Virus record (IMG/VR): IMGVR_UViG_3300029821_000130
Span: 1-39,957 of that record
Strand: one strand, 5' to 3'
DNA length: 39,957 nucleotides
From: a virus
Taxonomy: Duplodnaviria; Caudoviricetes
Below the pieces are notes generated by a model. The model had not been told where the DNA came from and made no database searches. It saw only the letters and a program-made list of their open reading frames with translations. This document shows positions 1-8,725 of this stretch, piece by piece (position 1 is the first letter of the stretch; each line of letters begins with the position of its first letter). A program made the position numbers and the translations under genes.

Positions 1-366
1 ATGAAAATCAAACTAAAAGGAGACCTCGACTCCGAACTAATCGCCATCGGCCTGAAGCCTGGCGATATCATCGAGGCAACAGCAGATCCGGTTAGTAAAG
101 TTGGTGCAATGCACTTTGATGTTCACCATCACAGCACAAAATACAGTTGTGTTGTTTGGCCAGTAAACTATCAAATAGTAACAGGAAAGGAATATCGAAT
201 GCAACTGATTGAAAGAGGGCTTAAAATGCCTGTAACTCGAGTTGAAGTCGAACACTTTTTAAAACACAATCCAATCGAGAATTATGATATCGAACCACCT
301 GAAGAGTTTTTTCAAAGAGTAATAGTTGAAAGAAAGTTTGGACAAAGAAAAACCGTAATTAAATAA
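1..366 (+). CDS. Hypothetical early phage protein
   Basis: 121-aa ORF, co-oriented with the early operon; no recognised motif. Confidence 0.7.
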   Translation: MKIKLKGDLDSELIAIGLKPGDIIEATADPVSKVGAMHFDVHHHSTKYSCVVWPVNYQIVTGKEYRMQLIERGLKMPVTRVEVEHFLKHNPIENYDIEPPEEFFQRVIVERKFGQRKTVIK

Positions 367-404
367 TTGTCAAACCTGCGTCCCCACGCCAAAACCAAAC
401 AAAC

Positions 405-791
405 ATGAGAGAATTAATCATCACTCCGCAGCTCGCAAATGAAGCTGCATTGAAAGGCAAACCAGCCATTTTGTCTATCTCTAAAATGAACATGGCATTT
501 AACCAGGCTGCTAATGCCAGGCTTGCCCTGAGGGAAGGAGTATTTTTTCAGCTTCAGATCAGGGATGGAAAATTATTTTATAAAGAAGTTTTTCCAAAGA
601 ATCACGATGAATCAAAGCCAGAAAATCAAGGATTTCAAATTAAGAAAGTAGGAGAGAAGTTTACCAGTGTAATTTCTCCTGGTACTTATGTAATCTGTCA
701 GGAGAACATTAAGAAAACCGGCAAAACGATGCGTTTTGAAATTCAAGACATTAAAGATGGCCTTCGCGAACTTAAATTTACGGAGGCTTAA
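405..791 (+). CDS. Hypothetical early phage protein
   Basis: 128-aa ORF with an A-rich leader before the ATG. Confidence 0.75.
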   Translation: MRELIITPQLANEAALKGKPAILSISKMNMAFNQAANARLALREGVFFQLQIRDGKLFYKEVFPKNHDESKPENQGFQIKKVGEKFTSVISPGTYVICQENIKKTGKTMRFEIQDIKDGLRELKFTEA

Positions 792-793
792 CC

Positions 794-967
794 ATGGAAC
801 TTAAACGATATAAAATCCTTTACAACCTCCTGGTTAATGGCGAAGAATACCCAAATAGCATTGAGATATCAGCCATTGACCAAACTGAAGCAAAGGATAA
901 GTTCAAGAAGATGTTTCGCGAACGATATGATACTGAGTACCAAATCAGAGAGGTACAAGCCATATGA
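794..967 (+). CDS. Small hypothetical protein (57 aa, MELKRYKILYNLLVNGEEY...; not in ORF track)
   Basis: Read by hand. ATG at 794 preceded by GGAGG; the TGA stop at 965-967 overlaps the next ATG (ATGA); it fills the gap exactly. Confidence 0.75.
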   Translation: MELKRYKILYNLLVNGEEYPNSIEISAIDQTEAKDKFKKMFRERYDTEYQIREVQAI

Positions 968-1161
968 GAGAGCTACGTATCGCCAGCCGGCCAATGATCA
1001 ATAATCTCCTTGAAAATACTGAGATTTCGATTTTCGCTTACAAAACATCTAAGGTACTTGAGACCGATAAATCGAAGATCGAAGCCATAGACGCAAAGAT
1101 CAAGGAAAATGAAGAGCTTGCTGAAGCTCTGCGCGATATCCTTAATTCAGACAAAGGATAA
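964..1161 (+). CDS. Small coiled-coil hypothetical protein
   Basis: 65 aa, translationally coupled to the upstream ORF, charged helical C-terminus. Confidence 0.7.
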   Translation: MRELRIASRPMINNLLENTEISIFAYKTSKVLETDKSKIEAIDAKIKENEELAEALRDILNSDKG

Positions 1162-1231
1162 CTCCCCCCGGCCCCCGAGGCTATCACTGTATATTTAGGC
1201 ATTATGCCGTTTTTTCTCAAAAACGTCTGGC

Positions 1232-1408
1232 ATGAAAACTACAATTGTTTCCATCAGGCCGAAAACCGGCCGACTGCTTTGGATTGAGAATGAAACTTAT
1301 AAAAATATTGTGGTGGCCGTCGGGCCTTTTAGCAATCTGCAGTTTACAAAATCAAAACTCAGGCACGATCCGGCCTGGAAGAATGGTAAATTCAAAATAA
1401 CCTACTAA
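1232..1408 (+). CDS. Small hypothetical protein (58 aa, MKTTIVSIRPKTGRLLWIEN...; not in ORF track)
   Basis: Read by hand. The TAA stop at 1406-1408 overlaps the ATG at 1408 (TAATG coupling). Confidence 0.7.
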   Translation: MKTTIVSIRPKTGRLLWIENETYKNIVVAVGPFSNLQFTKSKLRHDPAWKNGKFKITY

Positions 1409-1719
1409 TGACTATATCTGAGCAAATCAAAGGTACCAAGGCTCTAGCGTCAGATGCTTCTGACGCGAATAAAGAGCTTTTAAATAGTGTTGTCGAAAGC
1501 CTGAAAATTCTTAAAAATGTTTACGGCAACACCAAATCTGAATCTGTAATTGTCTCAATGAGTATCACTGACTACAAGCAATTTCAGGATTTTAAAAACT
1601 TTCAACACTTCATCAAAACAACTGAAAAACAAGAGAAAGAAAAAACTGCAGATTCTCCTCCGGAAGCCGAAATAATACCGGCAATGCAATTGATCATTTC
1701 TGAGCCTACCGAATTATGA
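1408..1719 (+). CDS. Hypothetical protein
   Basis: 103 aa, coupled at both ends (TAATG upstream, ATGA with the primase gene). Confidence 0.75.
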   Translation: MTISEQIKGTKALASDASDANKELLNSVVESLKILKNVYGNTKSESVIVSMSITDYKQFQDFKNFQHFIKTTEKQEKEKTADSPPEAEIIPAMQLIISEPTEL

Positions 1720-4700
1720 GATACATAGATCAGGAAAAAATCTACGATCTAACCGACCAGGGACTGACTATTTTTCAGCATTACTTCCCGTCTGATGATC
1801 TTCGAAGTCCGAAGGCATTCATTAAGCTCCGGGATTCTGAGAAAACAGCCAGTGCCCGGGTCACATGGTTTCAGGGTTTCTGGCGAATTACCGACTTTGG
1901 CCAGCAGGACCAGGTGAATGGAATGAAAGCCATCGATTTCGTTGTTTGGCGTGAGCAATTGCCTTATTATGATGCATTGCTTTTTATTGAAAACGTTATT
2001 ATTGGTCGCACTGTCGAAGGAAAAGACTTTACCCGATCAAAATGGTCAGCCGATTATGAAATGCGCGAAATGCAGCCAGCTGACAAGAAAGGTGAGTATA
2101 ATTTCATCTACAAACAAAAGCCATCTGCAGATGATCTGAGCGCGATCGGTCGCTATGTCACAGCTGATATCCTTGAAAAATTCAACTGCCGGTCAGTGGA
2201 GCAATATGAGTATTGCAATACTTCTAAAAAGTTAAACCGGGATGTGGTACACATCTTCAAGGCCACAAAGGATTATCCGATTTTTGTTTTTGACTATGGC
2301 GACTTCAAAAAACTCTACCGGCCGCATGAGCAGGAAAAGAAAAACCGATTCCTGTACATCGGCAAAAAGCCCAAGGATTTTATTTATGGGCTTGAGCAGC
2401 TCCAGGATGCAAAAAGCGAATTTACCGATGATGATGATCAGGGTGGTGTAGTTGCTCCAGAAGATAAACCCTCAGCCCGTGTAATTGATCTTTTTCGATG
2501 TTCGGGCGAATCAGATGCGCTCAATCTTGCTGCAATCGGATTTCATGTGTACTGGCTAAACAGCGAATCTGCTGATCTTGATTACAAATCATTTAAGATG
2601 TTGGATGAAATGTGTCAGAGCCATTATCAAATTATGGATCTGGATCCAACCGGCCAGGATCAGGCCATGAAAAATGCAATGAAGCATATCAATCTATACA
2701 CGGTTGAATTGCCTGAATGGCTCAAATACAAAAAAGATTTCAGAGGTAATCCCTGTAAGGACCTTAAAGATTTTATCAACCTTTCCGGAGATGATTTTGA
2801 CAGCACCCGGTTCGATTTTCTTGTACTGAAGAACTCAGCAAAGCGCGTGAGGTTCTGGAACAAGCATAAAGATAAAAAATCAGGTACCGACAACTACAAC
2901 ATCGATATGCAGGATTATTTCTTCTTCCTGCGTGCAAATGGTTTTTATCAGGCCGAGAGCATTTACCACAAAAGAGCCGGTTACTGCTATGTTAAGGTTA
3001 ACGGGAAAGTGGTGGAGCTGATCTCTCCGGAGGATTTTAAGCGCATCGCAAAGCGATTTACCATGGAGTGGGTTGAAAACCGCAAGTTGATGGATGCAAA
3101 GAAGATCCTCAATAAGATTACCGGCAGCAACCAGATAAGCGAAGAGCAGATGTCGACCATCCGCCGGGTAAACCTTGAGTTCAGGAACCACACACCTACC
3201 ACTGAGTATTTGTACTTCCGGAATGGAGCAATTAAAATTACCCTGGATAAAATTGAGAAAATACCTCATTCCGATATCAAGAACTACATTTTAGGCGGAT
3301 TAACAGTTAATAACCAGGTTATTACTCATCTCATAGATAAGGATATCAGGGTAATTGATCAGCCGCCTGTTGAAGTAAGCCATACACCTGAATTTCAGGC
3401 CCTGATTGATCAGCAATCTTCGCTTGATATGAACACTCAATCTGATCAGCTGATTCAGATAAATGAAGCAATTGCTTCGTTCCCGGATGTGGATAAATAC
3501 ACACTGAAGGTAAATGATCCGGATTTCTTTTTTATCAGATTCCTTCGCGATTTATCTCATCTCCATTGGCGCAAAGAGCTTGAGCAAAAAGTAAAACTTA
3601 CTGAACTCGAGCGCAAGGAACAGGATCTTTGCTTCATTAATTTGCTCTTCTTTTTCGGCTTTCATTGTGCACAGTACAAAGATCCAGGCAAGCCTTGGGT
3701 AACTTTTCTACAGGACTCGCGCATATCTGAAATCGGGATGGCCAGTGGCCGATCCGGGAAAAGTCTCGTGCAGATGGCGCCCACGTTTTGCCGGGCATCG
3801 TTTTACATCGGTGGCCGTGCATTGAACCAGGAAAAGGCTTTTGAATTCGTTTATGATGGCCTTACTGAGTTTCACGATTACATTCAGGTTGATGACCTTC
3901 ATGAGTATGCCCTCTTCAGTAATTTCTATACTGAAATTACCGGAAATCGTAAAATCAACCCTAAGAATTACGCGGCCATAACGCTTAAATATGCCGATTC
4001 AGGTAAGATGTCGTTCAGTAGCAATTTCGAGCTACAGAACGTTGACAGCTCAACCATCGGCCGTATTATCTACTCTGTTGTATCTGACTACTTCCACGAG
4101 CGTACAAAATACAACGACTACCGCGAAACCATAACACCTTTGACTAAATACGGGCGCCGTATTTACGATGATTTCACCGACGAAGAGTGGGTAAAGTTTT
4201 ACAATCTTATGGCATATTCGGTGCAGCTGCAGATGAGATTTCATAAAATTCAGCCGCCAACCGGCAACATCGAGAAACGACAGCTCCGCCGGATCATGGC
4301 TCAGGGACTTGGACGTGATGAAGAATTTATGCGCTGGGCAAACGATTACTTTATCAACCGGCCGGCTGGACTTATTGGCGATATCTCGCCCGACGAAAAT
4401 GCTTATTTCAACACATTATTCCTTAAAGAAAAAGCATTTGATAATTTTTCGCTTCAGCTCACGCAAAAGCAGAAACATGATTATAAGATCGCAAAATTTA
4501 AAAAGCACCTTGATGCCTGGTGTGAATACAACGATTTTGAACTCAATCCGGAAGATGTTTGCACAGATAAGGAAAATCGCAGGATTTTACGATCTATTGA
4601 CGGAAAAACAAAGGAGCTGATGTACATCAGCACGGCCATCCGCAATGGATCTTCTCCATCCCCCGCACCCCCAATTGATAGTAATGAACCTCCATTTTAA
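1716..4700 (+). CDS. TOPRIM primase fused to a C-terminal P-loop helicase-like domain (replication protein)
   Basis: TOPRIM-like SGESDAL and MDLDPTG (DxD); Walker A-like GRSGKS and Walker B-like IQVDD; N-terminal LRDSEKTASA...WRITDFG resembles a Cys-less primase Zn-binding-domain fold. Confidence 0.8.
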   Translation: MRYIDQEKIYDLTDQGLTIFQHYFPSDDLRSPKAFIKLRDSEKTASARVTWFQGFWRITDFGQQDQVNGMKAIDFVVWREQLPYYDALLFIENVIIGRTVEGKDFTRSKWSADYEMREMQPADKKGEYNFIYKQKPSADDLSAIGRYVTADILEKFNCRSVEQYEYCNTSKKLNRDVVHIFKATKDYPIFVFDYGDFKKLYRPHEQEKKNRFLYIGKKPKDFIYGLEQLQDAKSEFTDDDDQGGVVAPEDKPSARVIDLFRCSGESDALNLAAIGFHVYWLNSESADLDYKSFKMLDEMCQSHYQIMDLDPTGQDQAMKNAMKHINLYTVELPEWLKYKKDFRGNPCKDLKDFINLSGDDFDSTRFDFLVLKNSAKRVRFWNKHKDKKSGTDNYNIDMQDYFFFLRANGFYQAESIYHKRAGYCYVKVNGKVVELISPEDFKRIAKRFTMEWVENRKLMDAKKILNKITGSNQISEEQMSTIRRVNLEFRNHTPTTEYLYFRNGAIKITLDKIEKIPHSDIKNYILGGLTVNNQVITHLIDKDIRVIDQPPVEVSHTPEFQALIDQQSSLDMNTQSDQLIQINEAIASFPDVDKYTLKVNDPDFFFIRFLRDLSHLHWRKELEQKVKLTELERKEQDLCFINLLFFFGFHCAQYKDPGKPWVTFLQDSRISEIGMASGRSGKSLVQMAPTFCRASFYIGGRALNQEKAFEFVYDGLTEFHDYIQVDDLHEYALFSNFYTEITGNRKINPKNYAAITLKYADSGKMSFSSNFELQNVDSSTIGRIIYSVVSDYFHERTKYNDYRETITPLTKYGRRIYDDFTDEEWVKFYNLMAYSVQLQMRFHKIQPPTGNIEKRQLRRIMAQGLGRDEEFMRWANDYFINRPAGLIGDISPDENAYFNTLFLKEKAFDNFSLQLTQKQKHDYKIAKFKKHLDAWCEYNDFELNPEDVCTDKENRRILRSIDGKTKELMYISTAIRNGSSPSPAPPIDSNEPPF

Positions 4701-4705
4701 TTGTA

Positions 4706-4936
4706 ATGATCATGTTTTTGACTTACGAAACCAAAATAGAAAAACAGTTCAGCACATTGCCCGAAGGCTATGAGCTGATTACTGCCGGCAAACTCGAGCC
4801 CGGGGACATTCGATGGAATAATTACGAGGATTGCTGGAACCTTGATGGTATTACCGATGCTGAGAAACATAAAATTGTAATTGGTGACGATATAAAAGGA
4901 TTTGCAGGCGTATGCCGGAGAAAGGAGGCAAAATGA
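4706..4936 (+). CDS. Hypothetical protein
   Basis: 76 aa in the operon, ATGA overlap with the next gene. Confidence 0.65.
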   Translation: MIMFLTYETKIEKQFSTLPEGYELITAGKLEPGDIRWNNYEDCWNLDGITDAEKHKIVIGDDIKGFAGVCRRKEAK

Positions 4937-5409
4937 ATTACCATGACGTTCATCGCATTGTTGCACGCTGTTTCGGGCTGAAGGTTAAAGAGCTGATGAG
5001 CCACAGTCAGTCAGATCAGATCATCAAAGTACGATCAGCTGCAATACGAATCAATCACGATTTACTCAACTATTCATTCAACCGGCTGAAGCGGATCTAC
5101 GGTAAGCGATCGCACAACACAATTGGCAATGCATACCGCAATTCCTGCGATCTGTACGATACTGATAAGCTGTACCGCGATCTATACGACAAAGCTCATG
5201 CTGAAGCAGTGAATTTTTTGGCCGCATGGAAGCCACGTAAACAGCTCTATAATTTGCATTACAGATTGCGCGAAAAAAAACTGAGGGTTGATAGCAAACA
5301 CCGGATAGTGAGCATCAATCCTGATAAGGAATCTCTGATCACAGCATCCGGCCAGTTAAAAAAGTTGCTGAAGCAACATAATTACTCAGTTCAATACTCA
5401 CTCATATGA
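4933..5409 (+). CDS. DnaA C-terminal (domain IV, HTH)-like DNA-binding protein
   Basis: IVARCFGLKVKELMSHSQSDQIIKVRSAA...YGKRSHNTIGNA resembles the Bac_DnaA_C pattern (..R..A.....FG.RDHTTV.HA). Start at 4933 follows AAGGAGG. Confidence 0.65.
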   Translation: MNYHDVHRIVARCFGLKVKELMSHSQSDQIIKVRSAAIRINHDLLNYSFNRLKRIYGKRSHNTIGNAYRNSCDLYDTDKLYRDLYDKAHAEAVNFLAAWKPRKQLYNLHYRLREKKLRVDSKHRIVSINPDKESLITASGQLKKLLKQHNYSVQYSLI

Positions 5410-5654
5410 ATACAACTCAACCAGAAGTATACAAAGGGCACTTCGATCGCTGGATATACAAAACACTTCCACCGACCATGAGAGTAGCAAAAACAACTGA
5501 CTTTGTCGATTCCCGGGGCGTTGAAATTGCAGGCGTGCATTTTCTCGTTCACAGTTATCACAGTAACCACTATGAGCATCATATATCCGCCCCCGGAGTC
5601 ATTGAAAAATTCAAGCCCTGGATTGATGATAACAGATGCTATGTAACCGCCTGA
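5406..5654 (+). CDS. Hypothetical protein
   Basis: 82 aa, ATGA-coupled. Confidence 0.7.
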   Translation: MNTTQPEVYKGHFDRWIYKTLPPTMRVAKTTDFVDSRGVEIAGVHFLVHSYHSNHYEHHISAPGVIEKFKPWIDDNRCYVTA

Positions 5655-5656
5655 TT

Positions 5657-5908
5657 ATGGTACATGAAATTACACTTCTCCGGAAAGGATTTCGCCGGTA
5701 CCCTTTGTGGGACTGGAAATCAATCGGAATAGAGCATTACCGGCTCGATATGCCCGGGACCATAATCCGGGCATATCTCAGCCGAATTTCAGGGCCTCTT
5801 GTCTGCCATCTGGCCGTGGCTCAATCAGAAAACGATGTATTTGAATACATCTCCATTTCAAGCGAATTAAAAATTGATCAATTACTTCACCAAAAACAAC
5901 AAGTATAA
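5657..5908 (+). CDS. Hypothetical protein
   Basis: Likely start at ATG 5657; TAATG coupling to the next gene. Confidence 0.6.
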   Translation: MVHEITLLRKGFRRYPLWDWKSIGIEHYRLDMPGTIIRAYLSRISGPLVCHLAVAQSENDVFEYISISSELKIDQLLHQKQQV

Positions 5909-6153
5909 TGACCACACAAGAAAAATACAAACACGTTGCATCCGGCAAGTTTGTGCTTAAAGCCAGGAGAAAACCGAAGCAGAATATTTGGGAAATTACT
6001 TATTACAATCTGGGTTCCTACAATATCTGGAGCTGGGATCGCTTCGAAACTAAAGAACTGTGCGAAGAAAAAATTAAGCGCATGGTTGAAGAATCTCCAA
6101 ATAAGTTCGTCGCTGAAATTGAACCCGGAGTGGAGGCCGGCCAAAATGCTTAA
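5908..6153 (+). CDS. Hypothetical protein
   Basis: 81 aa, coupled at both ends. Confidence 0.65.
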   Translation: MTTQEKYKHVASGKFVLKARRKPKQNIWEITYYNLGSYNIWSWDRFETKELCEEKIKRMVEESPNKFVAEIEPGVEAGQNA

Positions 6154-6367
6154 AACAGAAAATGGCACAACCACAATCACATGTGATAAGTGCAACACAC
6201 AAACCAGTGCTATTGAAAGTGAATACAATGAAGTGTTTTTTAAAGAAGGATGGGGGTTATACCCACATGCGAGAAAATACACTCATTTATGTAGTCAATG
6301 CCAACCGTCCAGAGCAATCAAAGCCCGTGCATTTGTGGCAAAGAATTTCCCTTTTTCTAATAAATAA
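6146..6367 (+). CDS. Small putative Zn-ribbon protein
   Basis: Likely start ATG 6146 (MLKTENG...); CDKC...GW...HLCSQC gives two CxxC pairs. Confidence 0.65.
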   Translation: MLKTENGTTTITCDKCNTQTSAIESEYNEVFFKEGWGLYPHARKYTHLCSQCQPSRAIKARAFVAKNFPFSNK

Positions 6368-6383
6368 AACCAACCGACACAGT

Positions 6384-6617
6384 ATGAAATACCACATTTC
6401 ACACACCTACAAAGCAGCTGGAGTTCACATCGTGTTAACTCCGGCCGAGATTACTGAAGCTGAGTTCTGGAGCCGGGTTGAGAAAAACACCCGCCGGGTT
6501 GTATTAAAGGAACCAGAAAAGTACGAGCAGATCTTGTCGCAGGTAAAAGAGCACCTGAATTCAGGCGTAGGACCGCTGACGATCGGCGGCCAAACATTTG
6601 AGATTATATCAAACTGA
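6384..6617 (+). CDS. Hypothetical protein
   Basis: Likely start ATG 6384 (MKYHISH...), which avoids overlap with the upstream gene. Confidence 0.65.
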   Translation: MKYHISHTYKAAGVHIVLTPAEITEAEFWSRVEKNTRRVVLKEPEKYEQILSQVKEHLNSGVGPLTIGGQTFEIISN

Positions 6618-6630
6618 AGGAGGACTGAAA

Positions 6631-7275
6631 ATGGATCAAAAAAACATACACGATTACCTGAACAGCGTAAAATCAGATTACTTAAATCAGGATAATCATA
6701 AGTTCTACCCATTTCACGTATTTACTGGTGGATTCAACATATCAACGATCGAAAATGAATTTCATCATTGCCCATGTTGTGGGAAATATCTTCCTTCAAA
6801 TACAGCTGGTTACTGGTCATGCTATGTCCTATTTGAAAGTTATGATAAAATAAGCTTTCGTTGCAGCAAAAAAGAATTGCCTGAAGGTTCTCTCGACTAC
6901 TATTCACAAATACATGGATTCCGCGACCCGATAACCCTCCCTGATGAATGGAAAAACTTAGAGCCATATTACTCAATTTTCGGGCGTTTACTTACTGAAT
7001 CAGCTAAGTATAAATTGAGAAAGTATTCAAAAGTATCAATTGAAATAATGCTCAAGGACTTTCATATGTCTGATAGGCATAGTGGCGGTACATATATCGG
7101 TCCAGGAGATGATAAGGCAACTATTTATCTGTATATTGACAATTTAGCTTTTCACATATCTCCGGAGGTTTATCGAGACTCTAAACCTCTTATGAAATTT
7201 TCAGAATCCGATGTTGTAAAAGCAATAAACAAAGTGCTGGATTACAATTACACAAAACAAATGTCACTGTTTTAA
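6631..7275 (+). CDS. Hypothetical protein with CPCC motif
   Basis: AAGGAGG upstream of ATG 6631; aromatic-rich, AT-rich gene. Confidence 0.7.
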   Translation: MDQKNIHDYLNSVKSDYLNQDNHKFYPFHVFTGGFNISTIENEFHHCPCCGKYLPSNTAGYWSCYVLFESYDKISFRCSKKELPEGSLDYYSQIHGFRDPITLPDEWKNLEPYYSIFGRLLTESAKYKLRKYSKVSIEIMLKDFHMSDRHSGGTYIGPGDDKATIYLYIDNLAFHISPEVYRDSKPLMKFSESDVVKAINKVLDYNYTKQMSLF

Positions 7276-7291
7276 AGAAACCACAAACATC

Positions 7292-7675
7292 ATGGAAATT
7301 CCCGAACTTAAAAAACAATTCGCCCTAACTCTGTACGAGAGTGAGATACTGATCACCACTGAGAAAACCAGATTACAGGCTTATCAGGAGAATATATCCA
7401 TCAAGCATAGACTCATGATTGGATGGCATGATTGGATTGAAACAAATCAAAATGCGCTCAATTATTACGAGTGCTGCGGCATCTTAATCCTGTTTGGTAT
7501 TGAGCCTCCATCATTCCAGGAACTGTGTGGTTTGTTGTCAATCAAATTAACAGAAGAAATTAATGTTTGCCAGGATTGCAGAGAAAAAGATGTTTTAATA
7601 ACACACTTAAATCAATGCATTGAACAGCAAAAGGGTTCAATAAAAATGCTTCATGAAGAGTTGGGCAAAAATTGA
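7292..7675 (+). CDS. Hypothetical protein with C-terminal coiled coil
   Basis: 127-aa ORF with an A-rich leader. Confidence 0.7.
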   Translation: MEIPELKKQFALTLYESEILITTEKTRLQAYQENISIKHRLMIGWHDWIETNQNALNYYECCGILILFGIEPPSFQELCGLLSIKLTEEINVCQDCREKDVLITHLNQCIEQQKGSIKMLHEELGKN

Positions 7676-7763
7676 ATAGACAACAAAACACCCGAACGAA
7701 GCAGATGGGAGAATCAAAAATAAAAAATGCCTTGGGAGGGCTTTGTAAAACCCAAATTACAAG

Positions 7764-8111
7764 ATGACAGAGAATCAAAATTTCGGACAAGCTATTGAAG
7801 CCTTGAAACAAGGTAAGAGAGTAGCAAGGCAAGGATGGAACGGGAAAGGAATGTTCCTTTTTATGCGTCCTGCCGATGAGCTAAACATTGATTTTGTGGT
7901 AAATAAAGTGAAATCACTGCCACAAAGCGTTAAAGAATATTATCGGCAAGATATTGTTGATGAGAAAGGGAATCCGCTTCCCTTTGAAATAGACGATGTG
8001 GTTAAGTTTACTGCATACATTTGTATGAAAGCTGCAGATGGAACAATTGTAAACGGATGGTTTGCATCACAAATCGACATGCTTTCAGAAGATTGGACAA
8101 TCCTGGATTAA
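7764..8111 (+). CDS. tad2: DUF2829 / Thoeris anti-defence 2 (Tad2)-family protein
   Basis: Family signature [27 protein letters not shown]...YICMK..DG....W.ASQ.DMLSEDW. Confidence 0.85.
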   Translation: MTENQNFGQAIEALKQGKRVARQGWNGKGMFLFMRPADELNIDFVVNKVKSLPQSVKEYYRQDIVDEKGNPLPFEIDDVVKFTAYICMKAADGTIVNGWFASQIDMLSEDWTILD

Positions 8112-8134
8112 AAAGAAGATCCTTCCACAATCCT

Positions 8135-8175
8135 AATCCCCGGCACATTCAATTGCGCCGGGGATTCTTTTTTTT
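8135..8175 (+). terminator. Rho-independent terminator ending the early operon
   Basis: AATCCCCGGC / GCCGGGGATT stem followed by C and T8. Confidence 0.85.
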
Positions 8176-8325
8176 AAGTCACGCCTGGCGAAGCCAGATA
8201 TCCGCCCCGGGCGGATACCATATAACCCAGCTGCACAGGAAACACACACAGATATACAAAGGAAAACTTCGAGAAAATTTACATCTTTTCGACGACACCA
8301 CCCCCAACCCCAGTATGATAATTTT

Positions 8326-8717
8326 TTGTAATTTGTAATAATAAGAGATAAGGAACAGAAAAACAGAAAGTTAAGCTATTACAAATAAATTACAAACTAA
8401 AAAGTTAGTTTGTAATTTTCCGAAATTGTAATTTTTTCTCAGGCAGAATAGGAGTGCTTCAACCCAAAAGTTTAAAAATGCTTAAAATTTGTAATTGCTC
8501 ATAATCAACTACATAGCTCTAAAATTACAACCCAAAAAAAAGCCGTTTGTAATTTTGTAATTACTGATTGTCAGTACATTACAAAGGTTTTTTTTTCAAA
8601 TTACAAATTTTTGAAGCTTTTTTGTATGTTTCTTACGGGGTGTGATTTCGTGTTATTGTTGCCATGTCAGTAATATGCCGTTTTTGCGAAAACAAAAATT
8701 AAGATTACAGTTGTAAC
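8326..8717. repeat. TTGTAAT iteron array in an AT-rich non-coding region; probable replication origin
   Basis: TTGTAAT at 8326, 8333, 8410, 8426, 8489, 8547, 8555; its reverse complement ATTACAA at 8378, 8389, 8524, 8578, 8600; a degenerate pair at 8704-8717. Confidence 0.75.
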
Positions 8718-8725
8718 TTTTCCAC

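Noticed and set aside
8021-8338. 105-aa ORF spanning the Tad2 end
   Set aside because: It crosses a clear terminator and hairpins; likely spurious.
8326-8717. Repeat cluster as a CRISPR array
   Set aside because: The repeats are only 7-8 nt, occur in both orientations with irregular spacing, and no cas genes are present.
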